This document shows, piece after piece, positions 25,687 through 40,266 of a DNA stretch of 64,000 nt. The notes under the pieces are model-generated. The model did not search any database. It was not told where the DNA came from and was given only the letters and a program-made list of their open reading frames with translations. The first letter of the stretch is position 1. Every line of letters starts with the position of its first letter. Source of the DNA: Ptychomitrium polyphyllum. Taxonomy: Eukaryota. The DNA is taken from NCBI GenBank assembly GCA_973851085.1, contig OZ316776.1, forward strand, positions 13,206,001 through 13,270,000, in the 5' to 3' direction. The translations under genes were made by a program, and so were the position numbers.

Positions 25687-27099
25687 ATTGTATACAGAAT
25701 TTTGGAGCACACATGTACACTTCTATTGATATGAACATGTAGCAGAATGTTAATTTAATTTGGATAACACCACTTTACATATTTCATGAATAAGTTATTT
25801 ATAAACCTTCAACCAATTTGTTATATATTAAATGATTTGTTGTACAAAGATGATTCATTGTAGCCTCATACTTTCCAACATTCATTCTCTTGGAATATTT
25901 CAATACCAAATTATGCCAACACGATAGCTACTTGTTATTTAAAGATTTACCAAAAAGCTTAAATAAAATGCAAAGAAATGCAAGTATTATTTTTAAAGTG
26001 AATTCTTGCATCTTGATTTCATTAAATAGTCAATCACACATAGCTACTAACTCTATTGTTGGCTATATTGATGTGAAGATCTCTTTTCATAAGATCCAAA
26101 TTCCTATATGATATTAGAGTTATTTGCTAATTTAAGTCCTTATTCTATTGTGATACAACCAATTATAATATTCCTAATTTGGAGAAGCAATTGGAGAGGT
26201 TTTGGACACCTAAGGATATGGACTTGAAGGAACTTAATTCATTTTGAAGAGGTCCGAAACTAGAGGATCTTCAATAATACATAAATTCTTCATTGGTGCA
26301 ATAAAACTCATACTAAAACTTAATACAGCTCCTTTTTATGTTAGAGATGAGTTTCACAACACTTTCCTCTTTGGATTTTCATGAACGGATGATGGGTTAT
26401 CATCAAATTATATTGTTGAATTACATCAAAGATTTGTTGGAGAAAATTCCCCCCATTTGGTAAGCTTCTAGACGTTTGTCAAAGAAAAGAAACCTGCAGC
26501 ATGTTTCCAAGTCCACACGTAGGTGCTTCACAGAACCTTTTAGAAAAGTGCCGCGGCTAAGGAAATTCTATGCTTTGGTTTTAGTGCATCATTCAGGCTC
26601 CCTTATCCCTTCAAACACCCGTGAACCTTCATGCCAGCAAGATATGTCACCAAAACAGTTGGAGTAACACAATTCCACTCTGCAAAACCATCGCCATGCT
26701 ACAGGGATCATGATATGATTTATAAGGATTAACATAAAAGCAAGATACTGACGGATGATATCCTAACTCTATTCTAACTCTCAGCTCGACACAAATTTGA
26801 GAGAACTGAAAATCCCATTTCCGTCACTTTGTAATGCATGTTACATGTGATGCATTGATTACGATTCGAAAATCCGAACCACCAACCTCTGTGAATTGCA
26901 ATTGCTCTGCTGTGCCATTTTTCATAGCTGAATTTCAACACCGCTCATTCTGCATTGGAACATGCATCGGTTCTCACATACGAAAACCTCTTCAGTTATG
27001 TATTAGCGTAAGCAGATTTAAACATGAACAAAAAATCCCCAACGAACATTACTAATGAACTGAAGATTCAATACTAGTGTAAATAGCTTCCGACGAACA

Positions 27100-28640
27100 C
27101 ATCAAATATGGAGCTTGGTACAACTTGCTCACCCAAAGTAATGCGTTTTCTGAGCAGTTGTAGACTGTTCCAGGGCCGTAGCTTAACTGGGAACTGATAA
27201 CTATGAGCTGAAGTTAGCCTCCAGTCTTGTCAACATTTTTCCCTTTGCTAATCACCAGCCTAAGTTTTCACCTTCTCAGTATTTTCATAAATGCTGAATC
27301 TACAGAGAAATTGTTCAAAGACAGAATCACAAAGTTCTCACCAGATCTAAAGCATTCGAAAAGAGTAATTCATGTCATTCCTAGTCTAGCGGAAAAACAG
27401 AACTAGGAAACTCTCAACCCACTAAACAAGCAAATTTACAGACGCAAGAACATGCACTTATTGGAGAGCACAAATGTGCCGTTCTGAAATCTCTCTATAT
27501 CTGCAAGAGCTCCTCGTCAACTTCTGAGCACACTTCCTTACATATTAGCTTGTTAAGGAGTACTGTATTGAATGAGACATCTCCCAAGAAGATGGCCTCA
27601 GTGTTAATTCAAAGTGTAATTACAACTCTTACAGACATTCTCGGTGTCAAACAATTGATTCCAAGCAAACCTGGAATAGGAAAGCTGCTGTAAGGATAAA
27701 AAATCCAGAATGAGGAAGAATTCAAAACCAAAATATGCAGGGTTGACCGATCCAGTTCAGCACCTGCACAAGGATTCCTTCAGAAGATGTAAAGGAACGA
27801 GGCCTACCTGTACACTGCTGAGTATGTTGAAGAAGTATTCGGCTCCAAAAAACGTGGTTTGTCTCCCTCTTAACTTGGAGTTCGACTCTTATCGTCTTGA
27901 CAGGTTCAACTTTTCGTATCCTCGCGTTGAAACCAGGTCTGCAAAAGCCCAATAGCTCAAGGAAACTACAATACCTCCTGAGGAAGAACCTATAACTCCT
28001 GGTCCGAAAGGTACTCGGCATGAGGAAGATGTCTTGCTCTCTGAACTTGATTCATCACTTAGTGGAGTTAAGCATGTCATTGTCATACAGGAGTTCGACT
28101 GTGATGTGAAGCAATGGCATATCGCCTGAGTGAAGAAAGTACGTTTGGGGCTGCTTATTTGAGAGCAAAAGGATACTCCAGCGCCTACGTATAAAGGTGA
28201 TTACCGTAACTGCCACATAAATAGAGCCACTTGCCAAGATTTCCATTTTTGCCTGGATGATACTGATCCTTGCATGAAGGAAACATTTTGGTAGTGGGTG
28301 AAGATACGCCTTTGATAACATTCTGAACGTATGGTTGGTAAAGCGGGAAATAAACTTGAAGAAGCACAAGATTCTCTCTCTAGAACGTGCGGGATTTCAA
28401 TTACTCTAATGCGTTGAGATTCAGCCTTGCAAACTCTTCTATGATGCAGCAAACACAGATGTTGATCTCTCCATGTACGTGTGCCTGCCCAGTCTTATCA
28501 ACTATCTTACTTCCAAATTTGCAAATAAAATCAAACGACGTAAAGGGCGGTCTTTCTCTAACCAGCTTTTGAGGTGGAATTATGCCCTTGCAATGAGAGC
28601 CAAGTTACAAAAGCAAACCATGGTCCCCAATCTTGTGTGT
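27100..28640 (-). pseudogene. Possible degenerate coding remnant of unknown family
   Basis: GC-richer island giving protein-like fragments in shifting - frames (KLVRERPPFTSFDFICKFGSKIVDKTG; VITFIRRRWSILLLSNKQPQTYFL; EAIFLGDVSFNTVLLNKLICKEVCSEVDEELLQI), interrupted by stops. Family not recognised. Confidence 0.25.
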
Positions 28641-31600
28641 GTTATCGATTTTGAAGTGCAGAAGCACCAATTTGTTTAAGCAATATGTCCTGATCATTAG
28701 CTCTTATTTCAATTGCTTGTGCCCAGATTTTAGTAAGATGAAGTTGAGATCATTTTGAACGAGAAGAATATGGGTGAACCACAAGCATTTGTATTATATG
28801 TACCATAAGGTGACATGCCTAGGACGATCTATTCATTCATGCTCCAAACCTTAGGGTCAACAAAGTGATGCTCATTTTAGAAACAAATTTGCTGCCTATC
28901 ACATTGAATCATCTAAATCAGTCCATGATTATTGGCTTTCTTTAACCATATTTTATATATCTAGTTCAATCTTGCCATTTTTATATTTCTATGTTTGGAT
29001 TTTTGTCTTAATGGAACCTTCAACTTAGTTTTTTTTGGCATGGCTATTGTCCATCTTGCATGAGACAATATTTTGCACAAATCCACAATTGTTACAATAT
29101 AAGGTTTAAAATATAATACATACATATTTCTTTTATTTTGTAATTTGTATTTCCACAATTTGAATGAATTTTCATTTGTTCCTTCAAATAAACTAAATAT
29201 AGAACTTTTTCAAAGTTGTAGTACTTGTTCTATTTTATAATCCACTTCATTAACTTAATGGACGCCAATATGGCAAGTGGCTTCCATCTTTCAAAAATTA
29301 ATATCAACTCAAAGAGTTCCATGCATTTGTAAATCTACTTAAAAGAAAAGATAACTAAATGTGGACCTCTCTATTTGCAATGACCTTTGTAATGTTGCTT
29401 GATTTTTAATCCTTTGAAGTGGATCCTATGAATACAAATGTGATTGTTGACCAGGTTCTATCTAATTCAAAGGCACCTAAGATTACAAGCCTTTCTTCTA
29501 CCGTTAGCACTTTACAAGACATTGAAGATTAAGACAATGTAAGTTATACTAATAATATCTTATTTCAACTTTCAAAGAAAAACATCCATCTTCCATAGAT
29601 TCAAATAACATTAATCTCTTCCTATGGTTTCTAGATTTGATCCATATTTAAATATAAAGACTATCTTTAGAACCACCTTCTCAAAAAATGCCTACACAGC
29701 AGTGGTTAGTAATGACTCTACTTATATTTTGATGCTAAAAAAATCCATAATGAAACAAATGTGATTAGGAATGGGCGTCATAGAATTGGTAATAAAATTT
29801 TCTCAACATAAAGGTTGGAAGCCTCTAATCTTAATTAGTGACCTACTTTTAACACAATTTCCTTGAAGTAAAAACTAAATAGTGACAAAATATCAAAGTT
29901 TGAATTGTTCTTAGTAATATATATATGTACAATTGGGTAGAATTTTTATAGTCATATGAACATAATTTTTGCCTTTTCTTGTAGCCTTTGAAATACTTTT
30001 GTGGTTATAAAACCATTGTATTGTTTAAGTATATACTTTATCGATTTAATAGAATTAAATTTTAAAAAAATTCTTACTTATTTTTAATAAATAAAATTTG
30101 AAGTTATTAAATTTAGTAATTAAATGAGTGTTCATTGTTTACAATCAATACTCAATTTATGCTTGCATGGTCTTATTGTTGACTATTTGCACATATTAAC
30201 TATGATATGCCTTCTAAGCTTATATAAAGTGAATTAAACTCTACAATTAATATAGGAATTTTGCAATCAATGCATTTTAAGAAGAGATTCTAATGTAATG
30301 AAAACATAATTTAACATGTTCATCATGAAATTTTAGCAAATTGCTGAAGCTGAAAGTAGTAGGATTTTAAATATAATCCTAAATGCACCTCAAATTATAG
30401 AAGAGAAAAACCTATTAATTATGTACGTATTAATTGACGCTTTACTTAGCTCTCTTTTTAGTCTTAGATTTTATATATTTCTTTGATAAAAGGACATAAG
30501 CAATTATAAAGAAGCTACCCTAAATGAGCTACTTTGGTCTATTATCATTCTAGGTGTATAGTAAAAAAAGAGTAATACCATATAAGGCACTTATAGTGAG
30601 ACTTCTAAACTCTTCTAAAGTTGCTCTCTTTAGAATTTGAATCCTTCAAGCATGCAAGAAAAGAATCTTAACTTTCAATATCTTGCACATTTCTACATCA
30701 AATGAAATAAATGGCTATTCTATTTTATTCTTAATATTAATGTTGTTCCAAAGAACCTAAATTCATCTTTTAATTCCAAGTGATTTCTACATTGTGAGCA
30801 TTTAAAAAGCAACTCATGTTCATTTGCAATGTTTTTGATAATCATAGGTGTAATATTATAATATTGCATAATATGAATTGAATTTTGAATTTGGTATTAA
30901 ATAAAACTATTTAGTAGAGCTGACAATGATGGCATCAATAACCTTCTATTTTGTGGACTTCTAAGCATTAGTATCTATTAGTATTGAATTACAATTATTG
31001 TGCCATATTACTTTAATTTGCCATTTAAATTCTTAAGTAAAATCATAGCAAAAATTGAAGCTAAAAAATTTATCAAAGTCATTCTTGCTACTGTTTCTAT
31101 TTCTTCTCATGTGATAACTTCTTGCTTGTATCTATTAATATTAGATGTTTATTTTCAAGGATCTATTGTTATGTGATAAGCTTGTAAATTGTTTGTATTA
31201 TGCAAAAAACAATTAAGAATTGAAAAAATATATATTGAAAGATATAGATAGAATATGGATGGATATAGAATCAATTGAATTTAAAATATTTTTAAACTTA
31301 GCATTTTGAACTTTTATGATCCATGGATTTACATTGATTATGCCAATTTGGAATATGTAATTGGTCAAGCTAGCATATGCCATGGAATTGTTCTAACAAA
31401 TAATCATGGATAAAATAGTAATTTATATTTGCATTTTGTTAGATTAAGGATTTTTTTGGTTTTTGATTAAATGCTAAGGTCAATATACAACATTATATGC
31501 TAGTTAGTTAAGCTAGCATATGCTACAAAATTATTCAACATTGCTATAGTTGAGCATTGTATTTGTTTTTTTGATGGTTGCTATATCATTTTATATAAAA

Positions 31601-33522
31601 CAAATGGGTTATATATGAAAATTTATGCATATAAAAAACCTTCTAATGTCATAGACATATATCATTTGTATATTTTTATATCCGTTTATAAGCTTTTAGA
31701 TCTTTCCATAGTCTTCAAGAACCTTCCATGGTCTTCTAAAAATACCTATAGGTATCTAAAATCTTTCATTGATGTCCAAAAACTTCTAGCAAAAGTGTTA
31801 TGGACTTCTAAAACCATTCAGTAGTTCCCTATGACCTTCCATATAAAGTTCTGTAGACCATAGGCTTTATAATATAAATAAGATGCTGAATAAGGTGAAC
31901 TTCAATCTTGTCAACACAATTTGTAAACAAATCCATATTATTGTTTTGATTTTAATATTATAACTATTGTTGTCATTAATTTATCCTTAGATTGGTTTTG
32001 CATAGCAATTTCTTGTTTATTTTCTAATTTAATATCTTAAATTGATGACACTTGAAGTCTAAATTCTTAGCACTTTTTCTTGAAGTTCTTTGGTTCTTGG
32101 AAAAAAAACAAGTCATAGTTAGATGAAATTCTTATACTTCTTTTATAAAGTTGTTCTTTTCTTCATGCTTTTCTTAAAACTTTCTTGCCAATTTTAAAGG
32201 CATGATTCTAATGTAGCTTCTATTAATTAAGGTGTATGCTTTCCATCTACTTGTCATGATTTCTTACAACATTTGATATCAACTAGCAAGGAAATTTTTT
32301 TCATTGTATGGCAAAGATCAATTTTTGCTTTGAAAAGTCATCATTATATAACAACAAGGTTCTCACTAAATTTGGATTTTTAATAAATTTTGGATTGCCA
32401 TGTATATAGAAAAATAGCAAAATCCATGTAATGACATTGGAGAACAAAGAAGAACAAAATGGAACAAGACAGAATTCAATAACCAAAATCCATGTAAACT
32501 TGTCGCTGAAGGAAGACTCAGTTCTACAGCCACTCCCTTCCCCCTCATCCTATCATCACCAATTGTGCAAAAATATAATAAAATTCTAGAGCCCAAACTC
32601 AATTCCATTTTCTAACAACATGATTGGCACACAGAACATCGCATTTACTTTCATCTCAACCATGATTGCCACGCATTTTTACCCTTGTCACTAACATTGA
32701 AACTCACGCTTTTCACATTCAAATGAAAAGTCACAGTTTTCTTTTGGCAATAATCCAGTGTTGGTTTTCCGGGTGTAGTTAAACCTGACTGGTGAAGGTG
32801 AGATGAAAGTTTTGCCAGAGACTGCTTCCAGAACTGACGCAGAGACGCCATCTAGAGAAAAGCAGGCAGCCAAGATTTTTCAGTGATGGCAGGGTGCAGG
32901 AGCCGCGAAGGCACAACACAGGGCACAGTTGCCTTGCAGTGCAAAGCACAAAGGGGGCGTCTTGCACTTGTCTCTCATACCAGAGAAGCACCACTTGCAG
33001 CAGCATCTTGGCAGGTATGCATGCTGTGCCACCACACCCATGTCTCACTTGCAGTCCCTTCTCTGATCTCGCACTTCTCTTGTCATGTGCACACCTAAAT
33101 GTGTCACCTTGGGATTCTTTCATCTATGCATTGTAGGGTGTGTTATTCCAGTTTTTCTCGTTTGCTGTGTGTCTGTGCATGTTGCAGGGTGTGCGACCTC
33201 GCCATATGTTTGAGGCGCTGAGTAGGATCTGCATGTCTGTAGTTTCGTGTCGGGCTTTGCGGCACCGGTTACTTTGGTCACTTTGGCTACTGGGGTTCTG
33301 GGCTGTTTGGGGCCTTCCTAGCAGGTGTTCGGGATCGTTTATCCCCTTAAGCAATGGAAGGGAAATGACATCAAGGAGTTTTCCATAGCTGTATTGGCTA
33401 TATGTTCTGCCAGCATGTGCTTTTTCCTTTTTTTTTTGGTTTCTGTATCTTTGGTGCACTTGTGTGTAGTATTCTGAAGCATCTTCTTTCTTTTGGGGTG
33501 CATCGGCAGATTCTTTTTCGAC

Positions 33523-34842
33523 ATGGGGTTTGAGAAGGAGATTATCAGGGCGGGGACTGGCGCCAAGCCCAACCGTGGCCAGACTGTCACTGTTCACTGC
33601 ACCGGCTATGGTTTGCGCTCTTTCTGTTTTCTTTAATTGCTTGTGCGAGGTTTTTGTTGGGGAAAGAGTTACCTTTTTTTGAGAACCAAAGTCGAGGGAT
33701 TGAGAAGAAAATTTGAGGAATGGATATTGGTAGTTTTGTCAAAGAGCAGAGCTGAGCCCGAGAGTTTAGGGTATTTCGTAACCAGTTTTTATTCAATAAT
33801 TGTTTGCTCTAGCTTCTTCTTCTATGGGTAGATACTTTGGTGGTTGTCGGTGCCTTTAAAGAGATCTTCGTTGGGTCGTACATTTTTAGGGTTTTAGGTA
33901 TCGTGCAAAAATATGTAAGGGTTGGTGTACGACTAACTCTCACCTTGTAGCAGTTGGTCTAATATGTTTTAAGTTTAATCGTTAATTTTATAATTTTTAG
34001 AGTCAGGTTTATGAAAGATCAAGCTCAGAAGTAAAATGCATCATACTGGTTCTTTTCGTTTTCTGCATTAACTTTGTGTTTGACCTTGCAGGCAAGAATA
34101 GAAATCTGAATGAGAAGTTCTGGAGGTAAACGCTTTTCCTTGTTGTGTCCGTTTCAAACACCATTCGATCCATTGATCGCAGCACTGTCCTCAGTCTGTC
34201 TCTCCAGTTCATCGTGCTAGGTTAGAGCGTGTTGTGGTCGGAGGGAGCATTTGTAATTTTTAATTACCTGCAGTTCCTAGTTTTAATGCGAGGCATTTTT
34301 ATATGCATGCAGTACAAAGGATCCCGGCCAGGAGCCCTTCAAGTTCAAGTTAGGATTGGGCCAAGTGATCAAAGGTAAATTATGCACACAATCTGACTCT
34401 TTTCAAAAGAAAAAAAGAGGCGTTTGTCCACGTGTTGGCAAATATTATATATGTCTGTAGACGAAGCAATTCAGTGTAGATTGCAATATTTCAAATTAAA
34501 ATGAGCTGATCACTAATGACCTCGTTTTCCAGGTTGGGACGAAGGTGTGATGAGCATGAGTGTTGGTGAAGTTGCACGTCTGAAGGTACGTACTCCCGTC
34601 TTTCGTCTTCTGCACCGTGAATTCCACTTCGACATTATTTATATAGTTTACTGATTGTTTATTTGATGCTTGAGCCCTTCTTGTGCTCTGTCACTGTTGT
34701 TACGGGGATGATTTGAAATGTTCATCTGTGTCCCATACAGTGCTCGCCTGACTATGCGTATGGAGCAGGAGGTTTTCCAGCTTGGGGAATCATGCCCAAC
34801 TCTGTGCTTGTTTTTGAAATCGAGGTTCTTAATGCAGCTTAG
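33523..34842 (+). CDS. FKBP12: Peptidyl-prolyl cis-trans isomerase FKBP12; exons 33523-33610, 34092-34125, 34313-34374, 34533-34585, 34741-34842
   Basis: Spliced translation [112 protein letters not shown] is a typical plant FKBP12. All introns are GT-AG and in phase. It is missing from the ORF track because the exons are small. Confidence 0.95.
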
Positions 34843-35137
34843 AAGCACACAGAAGTGATGGTTAGGATTGCCTGTGGTGATGGTAGGAAGATACGCAATG
34901 GTCCTTGAAATCCATGTTACCATGGGGGATTTTAACTACGAACTTGTGCGCCTGTGATAACTGGCATGTTCCAATTTTATACTTTCAAAAGATTTGTAAA
35001 ATGAAGTGCGGATGATTGGTTTGTGACGAGTCATTCACGGTAAAACTCATAAATTTGAACTTCGTTCTTCACCATCACCTTTGGTCATAATTATACACAT
35101 ATCCGTTTTTAAAAGAATAGTTAGTTATCTCGGGAGC

Positions 35138-35210
35138 TTCCGTTGCCGGGACTCGAACCCGGGTCGCTCGGGTGAGAGCCGAGTATCCTAACCATCTAGA
35201 CTACAACGGA
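35138..35210 (-). tRNA. tRNA-Glu (anticodon CTC)
   Basis: Reverse complement TCCGTTGTAGTCTAGATGGTTAGGATACTCGGCTCTCACCCGAGCGACCCGGGTTCGAGTCCCGGCAACGGAA. It has acceptor stem TCCGTTG/CAACGGA, T-loop GGTTCGAGTCC, anticodon CTC, and a T-run Pol III terminator ~25 nt downstream (35114-35111). Confidence 0.96.
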
Positions 35211-35699
35211 TATATGAGTATTGTGTCACTATTTTTGTAAACAATGATTAGAAGGAGAAACGAAATCTTTCTCAAAAACGTCACATTTCTAACTAAGTTC
35301 GTACAGAAATCACCCAACGCAGGGTTTACAAAGTATTGGCTTAGTGCGTTGGAAAGTGCAAAATGGTTTTAGTGTAAACGAGGGAACTCCTAAATAAGAC
35401 TTGCATAGCGAGAATCATCAAATAAAGAAGCATCAAATCGGGTTTTAACGATGATGTTTGTAAGAGATTAGATGCTCTCAGCTCTCCTGTAACCCGTCCA
35501 GAACTCTCATGGTCTCCAAGAATCCGGCACCCTATCTGCTCTATCATAATCATAAACAATCGTGATAATACAACCGATGGTACAATACAGGTAATGCTAA
35601 AGAAGTGTTTGTTATCAGAGAGGTAAACTCCTCCAGGAGGTTACTACAATACTACTCGTTGATGGTCAAAATTTTGCTTTCTAAATACCCAAATCAATC

Positions 35700-38600
35700 T
35701 TAAATCATTACATTTTGGGTTCTCTGATTAGCAGACCCATCACCCTTCTTTTTCTTATTCTTTCTCAATCCCCCCTCCAAAGCTCCTATTACGGCCTTAA
35801 GTGAGTCCGCTACGGCAGCACTCTCAACTTTGACAGCTTCAAGCTCTACCGCATTCTTAATTCCACCCTCTTCTTGTTTACCCCGTTTCTTTCCTTTCTT
35901 CTCTACACTCTTGTCTCCTTCTTTCTCCTTAGTTTTAACTCCATTCTTTTCCTTTTTGAAAAGAGCATCAATCTCATCCTTCTTCACAGCTGCACCTTCT
36001 TCAGGCTCAAAGAAAGACAATTTCGGTTGCTGAGCAGCAACTTTTTTCTTCTTATTACTATGTGGAAACTTGCTCATATTAAAACCTAATTGTGCCATTG
36101 TTCCATCTAACTCAAGCGCACTGATAGAAAGAGGCTCACTCACAACCACTGATTCTTCGCTGTTGTGAGGCGTTTCCTCTACGCCCTTTCTCTTCTTCCT
36201 TCCTTCACTTGCAGACGGTGCAGCGTCCGGATCAGGTTCAGGGTTTGCAACATCCTCTTCTACATCTACTTGGAAAATATTAGCATAAGCCTCTCGAGTT
36301 CCGTGTTTAGAACTTTCGCGCATTCTCCATTGCTCCGGACCTTTGGCATACCTGTACACAAGTAAAATATTCTTGTAAGACATCTGTACAGCTTGAAAAA
36401 CGCAAGCATTTCCATTTTGTACCACGAAAGAATCTTAACACATATGAACTAGTTATCTCCATGGCGGCTATGGCTGCTGTTTGTGAAGATGAACATGCTG
36501 GGGATAGGGAACATACGACGCAATGTCACATCGTTTAAGCAAGTAAGGACCATGGCGAGTTTTTGAGAGTTCTGCTTGAGACAAAGCTAACTCTGCAGCT
36601 ATCATCTCCTTGAGCTTGATATCACCAATTTGGAAGCATTTCTCTACTGTATAAGAACAGATTGGAGAAAGAGCAAGCTCGGCAAAATGTCCCTTTAACC
36701 TGCGGCAGAGGATGATTGACATGAGCCACATATCTTCTAACATAGAGAGAAACAGGAAAGGACATCCTCAATATTTGGAGAACATGCTTCAAGATAGAAT
36801 CGGAAACACGTTATAACAAGTACTGGTAGAGCAGGGAAAGAGACTTCAAGATCCGTTCGTAAACAAGCTTTCCAACTCGAAAGTGCAGAAGACATAAATA
36901 TACATTCTTGAAACAACCTAGCCTAGGATCGGTTGAAAGCACAAACGCTAAGACTACTCAAGAGTAAAAAGGAGGTAGAATTCAAAGCAGACAGTACTAG
37001 CAGCAAATAGACATTTCCATTCGAAATAACTACTTGACAAATTTGACAAACCCTGAAGTACTGACTTTGCTATAAGTCGATGCTTGTGTTTCATTGGAGC
37101 AGCTACGGAAGAAAGAAAAGCTTCTACCACTCGGCTCCCTCCAGGGTCCCTCACTGCCGCAAGGACGTCATTAGGCTCCTGAGCGGCCATACTTGCACAA
37201 AACTGCTGGCAGCAATCCTGCACGAAACAAAAGACATGACTTTTAGTAATACTCGATATCATGATACAGGTTCAGTATCTGATTAAGATACTATTTTGTT
37301 AAATAGATTTCCAAGGTTTATGAAACCAGAGTCGCATTCTATCGTTACCAACTGATTTGTACCTCTGGATAATTGAAAGCAGTTTGTAGCATAGCACACC
37401 CAAGCACTGACATACGAGAGCCAAAGGGTGCCTTCCATTCGGGTGGAAACCTGCCAGTTCCCGATAGACCTTCAAGAAATAGCATCCGAGGAACAATGCG
37501 ACTTGGTGAAGGTGTGTCAGGATTAATTGCACGAGTAAGCGCTCTGCAAATCTGCAGCCATGACAGCGCAAGTGAGGCCCAGAATCAATCTAGTACAATG
37601 CATTTCAAAGAATAATGCCAAAGATTGCAACAACTATCCATGTGAGGACACTCAATCGCTTGTCCTCGTCAACATACCGTTCTCTCATCAAAGAAAATGA
37701 TTCTTGCTCACATGTACCTTCCTCAGTGCAGTCAACCATGGAGGACAATACTACTACAAAGTAACCAAAATAAAGTACCTCACGCTGTTTGATCCGATAC
37801 CGTAAGCACGCAGCTAGAAGAGCACCAACTACAGTACCCCTGCGCTCTGCAAAAATCTCTGAGAAACTGTTCTCTAATTCCTCCAGCATCATAGTCACCT
37901 GCATTTATAGAATTTGTCAAATCTTTGAAGTATCTCTCTGACAAATGCCTTACAAATTTGAAAAAATAATAACAAACAAATCGATTTATTGAAATCAAAA
38001 TATAGAGTAGGAACAATTTCAACTCGCACAAAAATACGTTAAGAAAAATATGTAACAAAACGAAAGATGCTAGAGGAAGACAGCAGACCTGACCAGGATG
38101 TCGTGCAGCAGCAATAAGGGCTTGGATCACGAAGTTGGCTGACGGGTGCACGGATAACTGGAGCAGTCGGTGCCTAAAAAAGCGCTGAAACATCTCTAGA
38201 TATAAGGTGTCAGATGCAACTTGAAGCATTACCTGTCGTTCCCACAATTCAAAAGCCATCTATTTCCATTCAAGATGTAAAACTGTTATTTTGGTGCAAC
38301 ATCCATAACATATTAGAACAGCAGATGGCTGTACCGTTTTCAGATTTGGAAATGAACAGGATGTGTCACAAACTGAGAGTTCAGAATCCACGTGGGTGCC
38401 TGAGGTGAGTTGAAATACTGGATTCATGCAAGATATTCCAATAGGATGCTCTTTCAAAAGGGCAAGAGCCCCCATTGTTCTAGGGTGTTATGTTATATGA
38501 GGGCAGTTACCTAATGAGACCATAACACAACATCCTCTCACATTTAGCTCCAAGCGTCTATACGAACAAATTATTGCCATGACTTCATCCACAATGAAAT

Positions 38601-40118
38601 AAAAAAATACCTCCATAAGATGACTACTACCAGAGTCTTGTATCATATCCACTATCTTTTCAACAGAAGCATTCTCCAACACCAACCCCTCTTTTGATTC
38701 CTCCTCTCCAGCACACTCCAGCATCAGTTGAATAGAATGAGTCACAGCTGCCTCGTCTCCTTCAAGAGCTCGCAGCATGAACTGCATAACAAAGACACAC
38801 ATGACTATCATCGAGTCTAGAAACATCACGAATTGCTATATATCCAAATAGTGTTCTTGTCTATTTCGCAAATAGGAACTCATCTTATCTCGTACCAACA
38901 TCCGCAGTGATTCCACTTTAACAAGGCCTTACCTGCAATGCTGGACCTCCAGCTGAACTAGGCCGCAACTCCTCCATCCTTCCTTCGCAACTCTTTAAAA
39001 GATTTCCTACAAGCACGTGTAACTGGTCTCCGAAACGGTGACCGCGGAGGCGTGCAGCTCTACCCCCTTTAAACTTCGATCCCTTAGTTCCAAGGCGTTC
39101 TGCAAGACTGTTATTCCCCTTGCCTCCACCTCCAGATTTTGATAATGTCTCTACGGGAATACCACTACACAGTGAAAGAAGCTGCCGAAGTACGTGGGAG
39201 CCATACCGACTATTGAGTAAATCAGCCCCATTAAAACCTTCACCCAGAGCCTGCAAACATGAAGCAAACAATTACGTTGGTTACAGTCCAATCCTGATAG
39301 AAACCACAAAGCTTTCAACAAAATAGAATAGGAATAACCAGGTTTCCCTTCAAGTGAGTGCTTCTACACTAAATGTCATCAAACTTTACTTCCGTTCCTC
39401 TGTTCCGTTTGTCTAATGACCATTGCATCTAAACGAATTGGTCTGTCTGTAGACAGTAGTTGCCTTCAAAAGTTCCCCATTTATTAACATGTATAGAATC
39501 GCACCAGACGATGGAATCTTACACCCTAAACCCTGCAAAACCTCACCCCTGCCACATCCGCGAAACGCGACCCACCTCACATATCCTCGATAGAGTGCGC
39601 TCCACAACAGGATACCACTCCTGGCTCCGAACGTCACTACCATGCAAAACATACGCAATAGCTTTCAACGCGGCTTCCGCAACATGGGAACCCCCAGGAT
39701 CCAACGACATAGCCCCAAACACCTCAGTACACCGCTCCAGAAACATCGCAGCATTGAGCGTATCACAACTCATAAGAAGAGTCTCCAAGACCCGACCACA
39801 AGACGAATGGCACGCCAATTGAAGCTCCTTCCCTCTGGCCTCATCCAGCGCATTGGCAATCACCATGGCCCGCTCCTCGGGATCCTCCACCGTGCCTCCG
39901 CCCTCCCCAACCAGCTCGTTAATCTCGGCAAAGTATTGCTGCGTCTCGGGGTCCACTTGGCCCCTGGTAGCGCCATACAATACATGCTCACCTCCGCTGC
40001 AGTCATCTCTGCCACACCCTTCTTCGCCTGTGTCCCTTACGTGCCGACCCCGGCCTCGACCTCCGCCCCTGCCTCTATCTGGCTTGCGTGATCCTCCGTA
40101 GGCACGTGACTCCGCCAT
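35700..40118 (-). CDS. APUM23: Pumilio-repeat nucleolar protein NOP9/APUM23; 9 exons (40118-39576, 39250-38933, 38781-38611, 38232-38089, 37898-37779, 37551-37363, 37217-37066, 36699-36517, 36351-35700)
   Basis: VDPETQQYFAEI...IANALDEARGKELQLAC, PUF-type motifs (DPGGSHVAEAALK, SRYGSHVLRQLLSLC, DSGSSHLME, HPSANFVIQALI, DPGGSRVVEAFLSS, ICSYTVEKCF), an RG-rich N-terminus and a Lys-rich C-terminus. GT-AG junctions are consistent. Confidence 0.9.
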
Positions 40119-40214
40119 CGCCACAGCGCGTCTCTCCTCTCGCAACAATCGCTACTTCACACCACCACATCACACCTCAGGGTTCAAGGTTCAGAGGTTC
40201 AGAAGTTTTTAAGA

Positions 40215-40266
40215 TTTAGGGTTTAAGCTTTTAGAGTTTCGGATATAAGGCTTAAGGTTTAGGGTT
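40215..40266 (-). promoter_or_regulatory. Telo-box motifs (AAACCCTA) upstream of APUM23
   Basis: TTTAGGGTTT at 40215-40224 and TTTAGGGTT at 40258-40266 lie ~100-150 bp 5' of the ATG. Telo-boxes are typical of plant ribosome-biogenesis and translation genes. Confidence 0.6.

Noticed and set aside
33124..33597. 157-aa minus ORF
   Set aside because: Overlaps FKBP12 exon 1 and its T-rich leader in antisense, begins without a clear ATG context and has no domain.
35060..35137. tRNA-snoRNA dicistronic unit
   Set aside because: A T-run terminator follows ~25 nt after the tRNA, and no C/D or H/ACA boxes are evident.
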